Origin: the human T2T-CHM13v2.0 reference genome, Homo sapiens
Reading direction: 5' to 3' (one strand)
Assembly: GCF_009914755.1 (NCBI RefSeq)
Contig: NC_060929.1
Length of the DNA stretch: 64,000 bases
A program made the position numbers and the translations under genes. This document shows, in pieces, positions 35,990 to 49,812 of the stretch; the stretch's first letter is position 1; each line of letters begins with the position of its first letter. The notes beneath the pieces were generated by a model. The model saw only the letters and a program-made list of their open reading frames with translations, had not been told where the DNA came from and ran no database searches.

Positions 35990-36228
35990 ACAGAGTATAG
36001 GCTTTATGGTTAGACGCACCTGTGTTTTAATTACTTTTCTAACCTGCTGTGTAATCCTGGAAAATTTAGTTCACTGCTTTGAGCTTCAGTTTTCTAATAT
36101 ACAAAATGGTCAAAATAACAGTTGTCTCACAGTGTTATTCTGAAAATTAAATAAGATAACACATATAAAGGGCCTTGCAGATTGTCTGGTTCATATAACT
36201 GTAAAATAAACAGAAATGGTTATTGTTA
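35990..36228 (+). mobile_element. MIR SINE
   Basis: MIR core CTGCTGTGTAATCCTGGAAAATTTAGTTCACTGCTTTGAGCTTCAGTTTTCT...AAAATGG. Confidence 0.8.
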
Positions 36229-37079
36229 ACATAAATATCATTAACACTATCATTATTATGAAATATTGCATCTGTCCCAATATCCTCTTTAGTCCTTTCT
36301 GAAATTGTCTTTCATTATACCCTATAGTTCTCTCTAAACTTCTGTAAACCCCAGTGTGCTGAGGTTATAACCTCAAACAACAATAATCTAAAAGAGATAC
36401 AGCTTCCACTTCACACATAGAAAGGATACACTTACCTTCTTCTCTGCAGTGGTAAAATATGTGATCTTTGAAGTTTCTGAAATTGGTACTGATTTCAAAG
36501 TTTACTTGGTAGAAGGAAATAAACCCTGAATTTTAAAATCTTCAAATTATATATCACAGTGATAATACAGCAAAGTGCAAATGGTATATTTAGCAAATAT
36601 TTGATAAATGAATGAGTCAATGAAGTGAAAAACCTGAGACATACTTCTTCAACATGCCTTCCTTCATGTTGCACTGGACCATAAAGTCTTCCACATTTTA
36701 GTGGTGAGTTTGGGACTAATATAACTAATATACTAGTTATTCTTACAGAATTCTTCCCTTGGAAGTTCTAAGAGGATCTACTTTATGCCTACTTGATATT
36801 TTCCGTTTTCCTTTTTTCTTAAAGAGATTCTGCACCTTTGGTGACACAAACAATTAATGAGATTATTATACTATATGTTTGTTCATCAAAACATGCATTA
36901 CTTTTGATTGTATTAAAACACAAAGGTGCTCATGTCAGAAAAGTATTATTCTAAACACAAGATTAAGACACAGAAATCATTTGCTCAGTGTTAAAACTCC
37001 GTATAAATTACTGGATCTTGCAATCCATTTTCTTATACTTTTCTATATTCTTCTCCACAATGACTCTGACCATCTTCAG

Positions 37080-37480
37080 TAGTGCCTGTTCCCCTGAAAC
37101 TAAATCCCAAGATAATGATTCCAGTGCAATGGCTTTATTTGGAAGACAGAGACCATAATCACAGGGGAATGAAGAAGTGAGATGAAAAAGGGGCAGGAAG
37201 CTAAAAACCACAGTGATCATCCGTAATTTAACCACGTGGAGAATTGTGAGAACTAGGTAAACACATATCTTAGGATTTTTCCATCTTAGGAAAATTCCTA
37301 GGCAAGGGGAGAAGATACTGGAGCATTTGTATACCAACTCCTGTTCTTCATGGGATTAAGATTGTGCTTCAGGAGTCTAATTCCTTAGCATTCGGTGTGA
37401 CCTTAGAGGGAAAGAGGGTTTCAAACAAAGTCCTCAGACCCCAACATGCACAGCTTTGCAATTGGAAGTCTACCACAGGC
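37080..37480 (-). mobile_element. Old ERVL LTR (LTR33/LTR16-like)
   Basis: GTTCCCCTGAAAC...GATTCCAGTGCAATGGCTTTATTTGGAAG antisense LTR 3' motif. Confidence 0.5.
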
Positions 37481-38223
37481 TGCTTTACACTAACTCTGCA
37501 ACTATTACATGAGTGGCTATAAGAGGCAGAGAGAAATAGAAACAGCCAGCCAGAGAGAGAAAAAGGAATGGGGAGAGAGAGACGGAGGAGAGAGGAGATA
37601 AATTATTCGGTTGCCTTTTTTTCTCTGCTAAATGTCATCTTGCCATTTTATAAGGATGACAAAATACAATTTAAAGAAATTAGTATATTTCCATTTTCTC
37701 ATTCCTTATAAGTGGATATACAAGCAGATACTCTCATATTGCAGAGCTCAGCAAAATTGTTTAAAAAAAATGACGGCTGGTTTACAGAGAAGGAAAGTGG
37801 GATTCTTGCTCATTTCAAAGTGATTTCAACACAGTTGTCTTGTTTTCATTGAAAGTAGGCAAAAGTGAGAAAATTTTCATAAATAAGCAATTTAAACAGG
37901 ACGAATTTTATTTCTCTATAACATCATAGTTGCAGAGAAAGGCTGGCATTTCTCTCTGTGAAAACATTGATAATACACCCCACGAAACTATTTTGTTTTC
38001 TGTTTATATAGTCACATGATACTTAATGATAGCAGATTATTTCTAAAAATGATTTTATGTCTTTCTATTCTTTGTCTCCTTGGAATTTGTAATAAGTACA
38101 TCTGTTTTATGACCCACAAAATTAGAAAGCAAATACAAGGACAAATGTGTCTAAAGTCTCCAACAATCTCAGGAGCCATAACAATGACAAGTTAATGAGG
38201 TATCCAAGTTCATGAATGTCTGA

Positions 38224-38571
<348 letters not shown>

Positions 38572-38889
38572 TAAACTATGGCTAACATAAAAGTATGTGT
38601 AGATTCCAAAATGTGTTATGATATTGGGGAAAGAAAGCAGATTTCAGATGATCAACCTAAAATTAAACAACTATTTTCTATACTTATATTTAATTAGAAA
38701 TACACAAGCAAGTTTCAATATAAACCCTGTTATATTTTTTAAAGAAATGACCTCATCACTTTATGCTGTTCATAAGTATTTCAATTTCTAGTCATTTATT
38801 TCCTGATACCCATATCTACCATGAAGTGGATTACCCTGTTCACTGATGTTTAGATGGTGATGATCCCCAAGCAGAACTGTACCTTCATT

Positions 38890-40160
38890 TTATAAATAAA
38901 CTTTTGATTATAGAATAGTTTGGGATTTACAGAAAAGTTGCAAAGGCATGATGAGTTCCCGTTTACCCCAAACCCAGCTTGCCCTACTATTAACTTCTTA
39001 TATTATTATTGTATCTTTGTCACAAATAATGAACCAACATTGATACATTCTTATTAACTGAACACCATGTTTATTTGCAGTCCATTTGTTTTTCTGGAAT
39101 GTCCCTTTTCTGTTCCATGATTCAATTCAGGTTACTACACTGCATTCAGTCTTCATGTGTCCTTAGCCTCCTCTGGATGAGGGAGTTGCTTAGACTTACC
39201 TTGCTTTCAATGACTTCCAATGAGTTTTAAGGAGTGCTGATCAGCTAATTTATAGAATGCTTTCAATGTTTGTTTGTCTCATGGTTGGAAAAAAAATAGT
39301 ATGATTTTGGGGGAAAAGGTTACAGAGGTGAAGTGCCATTCTCATGATATCAGATCAAGGGTACACACTTCAGTTTGATTTAACACCAATGATGTTAACC
39401 AGGTCACCTTGCTAAAATAATGTTTGCAGTTTTCTTCACTGTAAAGTGTTTGTTTTTATTTTTGTTTTCAATGCTCTATTCTTCTGAAACAAAGCACTAA
39501 GCTCAGCTCACTTTTAAAGTTCCACCTCTAATATGATTTGGCTCTATGTCCCCAACCAATCTCAGCTAGAATTGTAATCCTCATAATCCCCACATGTGGA
39601 GGGCAGGACCTGGTGGGAGGTGATTGGATCATGGGGGCAGTTTCCTTCATGCTGTTCTCATGATAGTGAGTTCTTTCAGGAGATCTGATAGTTTTATAAG
39701 AGGCTCTTCCGTCTTCACTGGTTCACTCTCTCTTGCCTGCCGCTAGGTAAGACATGCCTTTGCTTCTCTCTCACCTTTTGCCATGATTCTGTTTCCTAAG
39801 GCTTCCCTAAACATGCAGAATTGTGAGTCAAATAACCTCTTTCCTTTATAGATTACCCAGTCTGGGTCTGTCTTTATAGCAGTGTGAGAGTGGACTAAGA
39901 CAACCTCCTTGAGGAATGGGTATGTATATAAGTTATTTGATATTCTGTAATTGAGATTATTTCATCTCCCCCATGTATTTAATTATTCAGTCATTATTTA
40001 TACCAATAGACACTCGTGGATATTTATTTGATATTTTGGCTCATAATCCAATAGCATATTATATAATATGTTGCAGCCCTAGCTATTGGGAGCCCTTTCA
40101 GGTTGGATCTTGTATCCCTTTGACATACCTTTGTTACTTTGTACTTCTGAGTACTTTCTC
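38890..40160 (-). mobile_element. L1MC-type 3' end, split by a THE1/MST LTR
   Basis: GATTTACAGAAAAGTTGCAAAG...AATGAACCAACATTGATACATT...GAAGTGCCATTCTCAT antisense L1MC motifs. Confidence 0.75.
39529..39902 (+). mobile_element. THE1D/MSTA-like solo LTR
   Basis: Complete MaLR LTR; exact 5-bp TSD ACCTC at 39524-39528 and 39903-39907. Confidence 0.93.
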
Positions 40161-41039
40161 AGCTATTTAAAAATATTCAATAATCTCATAATGTAGGGAA
40201 AAATGGACTAGTCAACATAAATAATGACACCAGAAAACCTTAATTAGGAAGAAAATGCAATTCTCTAGGCAATACACTAAACTTAAATTTATGCTTCATA
40301 TCTCTTTGTGTAAAATACATGGAGATTTTGATATCTGAATGTACCAAGACATTTGTGTTGAGCTATGTTTACTCTGCCTTTTGGCATTTACATAATTTCA
40401 AAAATAATTTAGTTTTATTCACACCAACCATGCATTTTAGTTGATTTGTAAATGTATATTATGCACATTTATGATATTTACTATGTGTTTTTTTCAATGT
40501 TAAGTAATAATAAATTTTTTGAAATCCATGGTCCAACAATAAGATATATATGATAACTAATTAGGAGTATTTTCCAGGTAAATAAAGTTTATATTTTCAA
40601 GATAAAATTTAGTAAACTGCATTTCATATATCTAAATCCATTACATTATGTCCATTAAATATTTGATTAATTGAATAGATGAATTTGGTTAAACAAAAAG
40701 TTAATCAGCATATGTAATTTCCCTTGAATACCATGCCCAAATCCAGACCCACTCTTGGAAAGATAATCATCAGGATAAATTTGATGTCCTTTTTACAGGT
40801 TGTTCACTAAAATTACATACTTTTCTAAGAATCTAAGAAAAAAGATAATATGTATATATTTTTCATTTTAAATAACTTCTCTGTGAAATGGGTATAACAA
40901 TAGTTTTGCCTCAAGTTTTTGGGAGGATTTTGTTAATATGACTGGAGCTTAGATCAATATCTGGTATATAGAAGCTCTCTGTGAGTATCATCTATTGTTT
41001 TCATTTCTGGAATATACTGAGAATAGTTTTATAAATATA

Positions 41040-43100
41040 CATGCATGAATTCTAATATTTTTAACCATTTCATTGTATTTCTTCCATAGAATGTGTGTCT
41101 ATGTAGTTTATTGAAATAATTGTTTATCAATGAGCTTTTATATTTGTTTCAATATTTTTAATTATTTCAAACTTTGCTGTCACTGTCATTTTTGTGACAG
41201 TTGCCTTGAATATATATGTAACAGAAGACATGTAAATATGTGAAACCTTAATAAGCCTCGTTAAATAGCCCTCTGGCATGCCTATAACTATTTATGCTCC
41301 AACATTTACATCAAATGAGACCTACTTTTGATATATCTAAGCTTCCTTTTTTATTGTTAGATTTATTGGTAAACAATGGCATTTTGTATTGCTATTTTCT
41401 TGTCAACAAAATTAAACATGTTTTCAGATATTACTGACAATTAGAATGTCCTTTCAGTAAATTGTCTGGTTTTTTTACTTCATTTTTATTCACATATATT
41501 TTTGACATCTTCTAAATATTTGAAATATTTTACTGTCAGTGCTGTGTTTCTTTTTAACTTTTTAGATGCTGTTCCTTTTGGGATCAGAAGTTTATAATTT
41601 ATCAACGTGATCTAGCTTTTTCTTTTGCTTTGCATTTCATATTGTATTTAAGATGACATTTGCTATTGATATGCCATAAACTTCTTTTTCTATATTTTCT
41701 GCTAATATTTAAATTTTTTTTCAGTTTTTTCTTGAATATGTCAGGAATTTAATTTATTTTGGCAAATAGTACATTACAGGTTTACATTTGTTATTTTATA
41801 AATAGCCAAGAATCCCAGATCGATTCATTGATTTGCTTATTCTTTCTCTAACATCTCAAAAAGCCACTATTATAGCAAATTCTCAGATTTGACTTTTCCT
41901 AAGCCCACTGTCTTGTTCCATAATTTTTAAAAGTTATTTTTGCAATTTTCTATTTGTTATATGAGTTTTAGAATCAGTTCATCAGGTTGCATGAAAACAC
42001 TGTACTAATTTCTTAATAACATTGTACTGCATTTATGTATAAATTAAGGAAGAAATGACAAAATACAATATCAGGAATTTCTACACGGAAACATGGTATG
42101 TTTCTCTATTCATACAGAAATTCTGCTCATTAGTGCAGTTTTATATTTCTGTTTATATTGGTCTTATACATTATGATCAGTTCTATTCCAATTTATTTTA
42201 TAATTTTACTGCTATGTTAGATGAAAACATATTTCATTTTAAATTGCTTATTTCTGAAGCATAATAAACAACAATTTTATGTTAATAACATAACTGGTCA
42301 TATTGTTAAACTATTTTAGTTTAGTGTTTCTCAGTTAATTCTGAGATTATCACATTCTTAGGTTGATTATCATATTTCCTACAAAATGCAAAAGAGTTTT
42401 CTAGTAAGTAATAAAAGCATAAATCTTTTATTTTTTCCATAATTTTTAATAAAAACAAGTGGCCTTTTATTATTCAATAGTATTAGTGAGAACAACTATC
42501 TTGCTTTATTTTTACTTAATTTGAACTGCTTTTAATATTACTTCCCAAATATACTTGGATATATTTGGAAATAAAATTGTCACAAATACATTCAGAGCAT
42601 TGATTGAGATGAATAAATTTTCTCTTTAATATATTGATAAGTATTTTCACTTCAATATTATTTGTAATATTTAATCATTTTGTTATTGCAAGGCAAATAA
42701 CAAATGGAACTCACTTAACTATATCATTATTTTAATAACCAATAAACTTATTTTAATAATGTTTTATTTAAAATTTGCACATCCCAATGGATATATAAGA
42801 TTAATTTTTGAGTGCTGGATTTACTTTATTGCTTGTTTTTTTGCATGATTTAAGGTTAGCTTTCTTCCCCCCACCATTTTTTTGTATTTTCTACCCCGAT
42901 CTTATCTCTTTTTATATTAGAAATATTAGTCTATTAAAGTAAATTGAATATCTTTTTGTCCTGTTCTGTGATCTGGAATACTTTGTGCAATTGAAATGAT
43001 CTGCTGTCAGTGTTTAGAAACTAAGCACTTGTCGGATCATCTGGGTCTGGTGTCCAGTTTAGACACAAATCTATGACTTCCTTCCTTCTTATATTATTAT
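41040..43100 (-). mobile_element. Very old L1ME ORF2 remnants
   Basis: T-rich, with scattered antisense ORF2 motifs (ATATGAGTTTTAGAATCAGTT, GTTCTGTGATCTGGAATA). Confidence 0.55.
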
Positions 43101-43587
43101 GGATTCAATTTTGGAAGGCAACTATTTAGAATTTCTATACACATCAAACATTATTCACTGTGTCTAAAATAAAATTATATTATAATTAAGATTTGAACAC
43201 TAATAGCTTGCTTTTTTTTATCTAAAACACTCTCATTATTAATCTCACTATGTGGTATTTCAAACATGAATCCAGCTAAAGCTGGGTGTAGAAAAGAAGT
43301 AGCGAGGACAGATGAGAGAAAAAAAACTTTAATTTGGTGAAACTAGAATTTTTATCACTACTAAACCATGACTATTCGTTAATTTTTGCCATCTGTGCAC
43401 ACTTTTATCTCACCTGCGGGTAGGAAGGAAAGAGTAACCCAGTAAGGCAAATTTGAAGGAACTATAGAAGAGAATAAATGAGTAAAGTTGCTTTCTCCTC
43501 ACTCCTGACAGACTCCAGCTTGTCCCGTAAATCACTTCCACTAGCTAGTAGTATTACTTAAATTTGCAGGATATAGCTCTTACCTCA

Positions 43588-43910
<323 letters not shown>

Positions 43911-45550
43911 TTAAATTTTAAAAAATCTAGTATGAAGCAGATTTTATTTCCTCACGCATAGCCTTTTCCTATTTTATAATCATATCACTTCTTTACTATC
44001 ACATTATCAAAATAATTTTTCTGAAACAAAGGAAACTTCCAAAAATTAATTCAAACCTCTATCTCTAATGAAATATTCATTTTTTATTGAGATTTGATGT
44101 CTACAAATGGCTTCTGTTCTCACTCTGAGCTCGATTCTATTCATCAATAACTCAGATGATACAACCCTTCTACAGTTATATTCCAGTACATAAGACTACA
44201 ACTTGCTATAAAGTAGATAATAGTATTTGACATATATATATTTCACACACAAGCATGCACACACATGTGCACAGAAGACAGTGACCCACGTTCACATTAA
44301 CTTTTTCAGGTCTGACCTGCTGTTGTGTTCCAAGTCATTTACGTTGAGATAAGGCCGTCTTGGTCTCTCTATCCTTCGCTAATTCAACCAATCTGTAATA
44401 CAGTACTTCCCAGTGTGTTATCTTGATTTTATTATCCATTCTCTCAGAGAAATACAGATGCGGAAGATCTCCTTTCTACTTACTCTCTTGGTTATACAGA
44501 TGTGAAAGTAGTAAGTGTAGCTAACTCTCCCTGCCACCCCCGCCAAAAAAAAAAAAAAAAAAATTCTAATTTGTGCAGAGGTATTGAGACATGATTCTGA
44601 CCAACAGGGATGGAACAGTAAAGCATCATTATTTTTCCCCTTTTGGGATTCCAGCACCTATTTGCCAATGAGAACAAGAGCCAATCAGGGCAACTCAGCA
44701 ACTTGGAAAGAAATTGTATGTTGTTTCTTAGGACCCTATTACTTTTCTACTACCCGAAACAGAAAAGCAATGTGCTACAATTGACTTTAATTTTACTTTT
44801 TTTGCATTGGTTCTTCAGACTTTACACAATATCTGATACCTGAATGAGCCTAAGGTAAGGGACAAGGGTGACTGCTTCAGCATTTCAATATGTTAAATTT
44901 GCCATATTGTTATGTTACTGGAGAATAAAAGTAGAGGCATCCTTAGTTTCTTTAACCTTGCTGCAGGCTTTGACTACATTGTGAACGAAGTGAAATTTGA
45001 TGCAAGCCATTCTGATGGAAGCCATAATCTGTAAAAGAATTTTTGGTATCATGTAAGAACCATGATATACATCAAAATTCTGATGCCCAGTCATTCCACA
45101 GAAACATTTGCGAACATTGAGCAACACTGTGCTTATTCCACTCCCCACCCCACCCACCCCCAGTGCAGGGAGAATACATTTTCCTGAATTTACAGAGAAA
45201 TACTTTTGGTAACTCTCTCTATCTATCTACTTTCCACCATCTAGCTCAAAGCAGAACATAAATGATATTAACAAAAAATTTCTCAAAAGCTTGAACTCTC
45301 AGTTGTCTTGAGTTTTGAAGAGAAACATGACTCTGGAAGCAAGCAGGTGCTCTGAAGATGTCAAGTATGTAGTAGAAGTGTTTTTTCCAAAAATCTTTGT
45401 TTTCTTTTGAGTTTTGCAAGGTAAAGTATAAAACATGTCTAGGAAGGATGGATTTCAAAATGAACATTAAATTTGTAAAAAATGAAAATAAGGAAATGTA
45501 TTTTGGAGTAGAATTTGGAAGATTTCTTCCTCACCTAAAAAATTTCAATC

Positions 45551-46798
45551 AAGAAATCTCCACACTATTCTCCATCGTGGTTGCAGTAATTTACATTCCC
45601 ACCAACAGTGTCAAAGTGTTCTCTTTTCACCACATTCACACCAACATTTATTATTTTTAGGTTTTTGGTTATGGCCACTCTTGCAGGTATGAGGTGGTAT
45701 CACATTGTGGTTTTAATTTGCATTTTCCTGATAATTAGTGATGTTGAGCATTTTTCCATATGCTTCTTGGCCATTTGTATATCTTCTTTTGAGAATTGTC
45801 TAGTCCTGTCTTTAGCCCACTTTTTGACAGGATTGTTTGGTTTTCTTTCTTGCTGATCTGTTTGAGTTCTTTGTAGATTCTGAATATTAGTCCTTTGTCG
45901 GATGAACAGATTGTAGATTTTCTCCCATTCTGAGGGTTGTCTGCTAACTCTGCTGAATATTTCGTTTGCTGTGCAGAAGCTTTTTAAGTCCTATCTGTTT
46001 ATCTTTGTTTTCGTTGCATTTGCTTTTGGGTTCTTGGTCATGAAGTCGGCCTAAGTCAATGTCTAGAAGGGTTTTTCCAATGTTATCTTCTATAATCTTT
46101 ATGGTTTCAGGTCTTAGATTTAAGGCTTTAATCTATCTTGAGTTGATTTTTGTATAAAATCAGAGATGGGGATCCAGTTTTATTCTTCTACATGGGGCTT
46201 GCCAAATATCCCAGCACCAATTGTTGAATAGAGTATCCTTCCCCCACTTAATGTTTTTGTTTGCTTTGTCAAAGATGAGTTGGTTGTAAATATTTGACCT
46301 TATTTCTGGGTTCTATATTCTGCTCCATTGGTCTATGTGCCTATTTTATACCAATATCATACTGTTTTGGTGACTATGGCCTTACAGTGTAGTTTGAAGT
46401 CAGGTAATGTGATGCCTCTAGATTTCTTCTTTTTGTTTAGTTTTTCTTTGGTTATGCAGGCTGTTTTTTGGTTCCATATGAATTTTAGGATTGCTTTTTC
46501 TAGTTCTGTGAAGAAGGTTGGTGGTATTTTGATGGGAATTGCATTGAATTTGTAGATTGCTTTTGGCAGTATGGATTTTTTCATAAAATTATTTTACCCA
46601 TCAATAACCATGGAATATGTTTTCATTTGTTTATGTTGTCTATGATTTCTTTCAGCAGTGTTTTGTAGTTTTCCTTGCAGAGGTCTTTCACCTCCTTGGT
46701 TAGGTATGTTCCTAAGTATTTGATTTTTTTTTTATTTTTTGCAGTTATTGTGAAAGGGTTTGAGTTCTTGATTTGATCCTCAGCTTGGTCACTGTTGG
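45551..46798 (-). mobile_element. L1PB ORF2 segment, inverted 5' part
   Basis: Antisense ORF2; minus-strand [39 protein letters not shown] is L1 ORF2p-like. Confidence 0.92.
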
Positions 46799-47220
46799 CC
46801 GTTTGATCCAGCAATCCCACTACTAGGTATCTACCCAGAAGAAAAGAAGTCATTATATGAAAAAATACTTGCACACACATGCTTATATCAGCACAATTTG
46901 CAATTACAAAAATATGGAACCAGCTCAAATGCTCATCAGTCAATAAGTGGATAAAGAAAATTATTTATACAATGGAATACTATTCAGCCATTAAAAGGAA
47001 CAAAATAATAGCATTTGCAGCAACCTGGATGGAATTGGAGACTATTCTTCTAAGTGAAGTATCTCAGAAATAGAAAACCAAACATTGCATGTTCTCACTG
47101 ATATATGGGAGCTAAGCTAGGAGGAAGCAAAGGAGTAAGAATGGACACATTGGACCTTGTGAACTCAGGGGAAAGGGTGAGGAGTGGCAAGGGATAAAAG
47201 ACTACACATTGGGTGCAGAG
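46799..47220 (+). mobile_element. L1PB ORF2 end and 3'UTR, sense part, 3'-truncated
   Basis: TTTGATCCAGCAATCCCACTACT...GAAAAGAAGTCATTATATGAAAAA...GGGATAAAAGACTACACATTGGGT matches L1PB. Confidence 0.9.
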
Positions 47221-47409
47221 GTATAAAAGGAAAAATTACTCCCTTTGAATTGCTTCAATGATATCAAAAAAAATGACATCTAGTCATTTTTCTGAATCAT
47301 AAAGCTGCTTTTGAAAATTTGCTAAAATATAGCGAACACTAATATAACATTTAACATAAAGACATTCTAATATTTTGAATCTTGTTGACCCGAGCCTCTC
47401 TCATTTCAT

Positions 47410-47548
47410 CTCTCCCTCTCTTTCTGTCTCTCTCTCATATATATATGAGATATATTTATGAGATATATGTAAGGATTGTATAGATATATATATATTACAT
47501 TATATATATATTTACACACACACACACATATATATACACACACACACA
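47410..47548. repeat. Compound (TC)n/(TA)n/(CA)n microsatellite
   Basis: Dinucleotide tracts visible directly. Confidence 0.9.
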
Positions 47549-47779
47549 ATCCTTAATGCACTGAATGAGTAGAGTATAAACAAAGTTCTCCCAATACAGT
47601 AAGAGATGGGCTTAAAATTTGTTTGTGTTTCTTTATTAGTTCGTTAGTTGGTTTTTTTTTTTTATTTTCCTAGACTTCTAAAAGGCAATGTATTTTAAGA
47701 GATATGCAATCTTTCCCAATGTAATCATAATTCAACTTCTAAAAGCTCTTCATCAGACCTCTAGATTCAGGGGATGTGG

Positions 47780-47975
47780 ATTTATGAATAGAGTCTAAGT
47801 TCAGTGAATTCTAATCCCAGCCCCACTGGTGATTTGTGGTGTGAAACTGGGCAAATTGCCTAACATCTCAGGAACATTTCCTTTTCTCATCTACTAAAAG
47901 GAAACAATAAAAACACTTCTCTTGAAGAAAGTGGGTGTGGTTCAACTGATCAAATGTGTTAAAGCATTAGAAAAA
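47780..47975 (+). mobile_element. MIR SINE
   Basis: GAATTCTAATCCCAGCCCCAC...GTGAAACTGGGCAAATTGCCTAACATCTC...TTCTCATCT MIR core. Confidence 0.7.
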
Positions 47976-49304
47976 CACATTTCCATAAATCACGTTCATG
48001 TGGCACATTCTGGTTCAGATACAGTTGTATTTAAATAAATTGTTTAAAGCTTGCCCTTGATAAATCAACACTTTCGTTCATTCAGGATGGATTTATCAAA
48101 GATGTGTGCTTAGTGAGGCCCTAAAACATCAGCCACACACCTGTCCCCTGGAGATAGATCCATACACATATGCTTATTTGTTGAATGCCAAACAGAAAAT
48201 AGTTATTGACCCAGGAGGATTAAATTTTAGTGCAGAATGCCAAGTAATTAGAGAAGTGACATTGGACCATCATGTACAGCCCCATGTAATCGTGAATGAC
48301 AATGTCAACTGAAACAAGAGCAAATGAATGAAAGCCAGGAGCTCACAGAAGCCCCTGAAAAGCACAGCACTTGCAAAAGTTAGCACACAAACACCAGCCC
48401 AACACAGGATTCCAGCCGAATTTTGAAACAATTATTGCCTGCTTTTCCTAGCAGAAGTCAGTACTAATAATACAATTCTTGAGCTAAGTCAATAAAATCA
48501 AGTAAATGTTATTTTCCCATACGTCCTTTATCTGGGTGGAAAATTACAGTAATAGCCATCCTTATCAGAGTAGGGTGAACACGTTGTATTACAGAGAATA
48601 TGCTATCATTTAGCAGGGGCTTAAAATGTTCCCCTTTTACTCAAGTAACAAGTATAATTTTCTAATTCATTTTTGAGGACCCATTATTTTTACCTACTTT
48701 TATTTTCAATAAATGGTATAAATAACTAAATCTTTGAAAACCTAATTTTAAAAAATAAAGAAATTCTGAAACACACTGAAATTTGGACAATTAGTTTGGT
48801 TTCCTTAACTTGTGTTCACTTCATATTTCAAAGAGAAATGTCTGTATACTCCCAACACACCAAATTTGGTTTTCTAAAACTTTTCAAAGACAACATTCCA
48901 ATGGATTTTCTACTTTAAAATAGTTTTGTAACAGTAATATTTTTTCAAGCACAATTTAGGTAACAGATCAATGCTTTGAAGGACATGAAGTAAGAATACA
49001 TTTGAATAAGTGTTCCCATTTAGTACGGTTAATTTTTTAAAAATTAGTAAAAATTGAGATTCAGATAAGCTGAAAATTTACCATATGTGTGAAATAATGT
49101 ATACAATTTGTTTACTTAGAAAAAGTAATACAACGTAAATTATAAAGTCGTTTGTGACAATACACTATATTACGTAAAATAATATTGATCAAGCATGTAC
49201 TTTTTAATACGTATTATATATACATTTTATACACATACAGAGCCATTTAATCCTCACAACAGTATATGAGGTATAAAATTTGTGCTATTATAATTATTTC
49301 ATAT

Positions 49305-49812
49305 AACACAGTTCGTCTTTGCTGCCTTAAAAAAACACTCCAAAATAGTGGCTTGAACAAAAATATTTATTATTGCCCATGAGACTCCAGGTGTGTTGGG
49401 TGGTTCTGCTTACCTGTGTGGGGCAAGGCAGATCTCACCTAGGTTTGCTCACCCATCTGCAATTAGCTGGCAAGTCAGATGGAGGCTGGATGGTAGAGCT
49501 TGGCCTCATAATGGTGATTCAATGGCTCTGGTCCCGTGGTCTCTCCTCCAGTGGGCTTGGCCAGATTAGTTCTCACATAAAGGCAGGAGTCCAAGAGAAT
49601 GAGCAAAGCATATGCCTCTAGGCCTAATCTCAGACCTGGCACCCCATCATTTCGCCCACATTCTGTTGGCCAAAATAAATCACAGGCTAGTTCAAATTCA
49701 GAGTAGGAAAATAAACTCTGCTTCTTGATGGAAGAAGCTATAAAGTCACACTGCAAGGCTACATATAGGCGAAGGGGAAGAATTGGGGCCACTTTTACAA
49801 TTAATTGATCAC
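49305..49812 (-). mobile_element. MLT1 MaLR LTR
   Basis: CTCCAAAATAGTGGCTTGAACAA and CACATTCTGTTGGCCAAAATAAATCACAGGCTAG antisense MLT1 motifs. Confidence 0.8.
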
